A DNA stretch of 64,000 nt from Candidatus Multivoradales bacterium (GTDB taxonomy: Bacteria; Acidobacteriota; Thermoanaerobaculia; Multivoradales; J023): the NCBI GenBank assembly GCA_965248925.1, contig CBDFLE010000006.1:1824001-1888000 (forward strand), read 5' to 3'. A model generated the notes under the pieces. That model did no database searches, was not told the origin of the DNA, and saw nothing but the letters and a program-made list of their open reading frames with translations. How positions within the stretch are numbered: the first letter of the stretch is position 1; every line of letters starts with the position of its first letter. Positions 62,912-64,000 of this stretch are shown piece by piece. The translations under genes were made by a program, and so were the position numbers.

Positions 62912-63601
62912 TCAAGCTCCGAACGGAGGAAACTCGCGGGCCGCCGCGAGCAAGTCGGGAAACACCCAATCGGCCCCCGCCGCCGCCAGCTCCTCGATCG
63001 CGGTAAAGCCGGTGGCAACGGCTAGCGACCGCAGGCCGGCGGCACGAGCGCAGTCGATATCGAGCACCGTGTCGCCGATCACCACTACCTCTTCGGGACG
63101 AAAATCGCGGCCAGCGCGGCGGGCGGCGCGCTGCAAGGCCTTGGGCGGCAGGTCGCGACGGTCAAGGCCATCGTCACCGAAAGCGCCGAACTCGAAGTAG
63201 CGGTCCAGACCCAATCGCGACAGCTTCACGCCAGCGCTCTGGCGCCAATTACCGGTCACCAGCCCGAGTAAGACATCGGGCCGCGCTTGCAGCCTGTCGA
63301 GCAAGTCGACAACCCCTGGCAGTCGGCGCATGCGTTCAGCATCGAGCCCGGTTTCCAGGCGTTCGGTGTAGACATCGCGCATTTCCGCCAGCCGGGGCAG
63401 AATCTGGTGGTCCGTCAGGCCGGTGCCGCGAATCAGGTCGCGGGTGATCATCGGGTCGGTTTTACCGGCGAAATGGTAGCCCTCAAGGTCGGCACAGGCA
63501 CCGAAGACCTGCTTCAGAGCACCCACGAAGAGTGGCCGCACCTGCGGTCCGCAGCGCAGTAGGGTGCCGTCAATGTCGAATAGGAACAGGTGACGTGGCA
63601 A
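62912..63601 (-). CDS. HAD-family hydrolase
   Basis: LFDIDGTL, GKTD, VTGN, IGDTVLD. Confidence 0.9.
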   Translation of the reverse strand: MPRHLFLFDIDGTLLRCGPQVRPLFVGALKQVFGACADLEGYHFAGKTDPMITRDLIRGTGLTDHQILPRLAEMRDVYTERLETGLDAERMRRLPGVVDLLDRLQARPDVLLGLVTGNWRQSAGVKLSRLGLDRYFEFGAFGDDGLDRRDLPPKALQRAARRAGRDFRPEEVVVIGDTVLDIDCARAAGLRSLAVATGFTAIEELAAAGADWVFPDLLAAAREFPPFGA

Positions 63602-63628
63602 GTTGGAAGCTCTCCTCGCGGCTAGGCT

Positions 63629-64000
63629 CTAGCGCCAACGCGGCGATTTCTTGGTGTCGAGAAAGGTGGCGATACCGTGCTTGCAATCGGCGGTAGCGCG
63701 CGTCTCTGCGTTGACTACCGCGGCATGTTCGAGCACCTGCCGTAGAGGTTGGCCGATCATGTCGAGCAGCAAGTGCTTGGTGCGGGCGATCGACTCTGAA
63801 CTCGAGCGGCACAGGATTCCCGCCACCAACTCTTCACCAGCAGTGGCTAGCTCGGCGGCCGGCACCACCCGGTTGATCAGGCCGATATCGAGCGCTCGCT
63901 GGGCATCGAGAAACTGAGGGTCGAGCAATAGCTCTCGCAGGTCTCTCCCCTTGACCCGCAGCGGCAAGAAGGTGGCCACCAGTGCCGCCACAAAACCGAT
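63629..64000 (-). CDS. Enoyl-CoA hydratase/isomerase family, 3' part (runs off window end)
   Basis: IGFVAALV..ALDIGLINRVVP..GIATFLDTKKSPRW. Confidence 0.85.
   Translation of the reverse strand: MGFVAALVATFLPLRVKGRDLRELLLDPQFLDAQRALDIGLINRVVPAAELATAGEELVAGILCRSSSESIARTKHLLLDMIGQPLRQVLEHAAVVNAETRATADCKHGIATFLDTKKSPRWR

Overview
GC-rich bacterial chromosomal window, most likely Acidobacteriota (inferred from the Cys-rich RpoB insert, the rplM-rpsI-rpsB-tsf-pyrH-frr order and the gene content). Bases 1-21 kb are a minus-strand core translation/transcription cluster: rplM-rpsI-rpsB-tsf-pyrH-frr-rlmB, tRNAs Thr-Tyr-Gly-Thr, tuf, tRNA-Trp, secE-nusG-rplKAJL-rpoBC-rpsL-rpsG and the 5' part of fusA. 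The rest mixes housekeeping genes (folD, coaE, fabI, queD, udk, mutM, holA-like, dksA-like, rlmH, def, PMM/PGM, tdk, IscA-like, YgfZ-like) with accessory modules. The most interesting element is a small island at about 22.8-26.4 kb. It encodes an Mrr-type nuclease + Ser/Thr kinase + FGE-sulfatase (C-type lectin fold) fusion whose 3' end carries hallmarks of a diversity-generating retroelement (DGR) target: NNC codons at the expected variable positions and three GC-GGA-GC hairpins. No reverse transcriptase or template repeat is visible in the window. Other notable items: a membrane receptor with both a degenerate cyclase and a pseudokinase domain, a cluster-less radical-SAM-like gene with a LexA-like direct repeat divergent from mutM, an ECF sigma/membrane kinase pair, two toxin-antitoxin pairs, and many apparently leaderless genes. 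All calls come from reading motifs by eye; no database searches were run.
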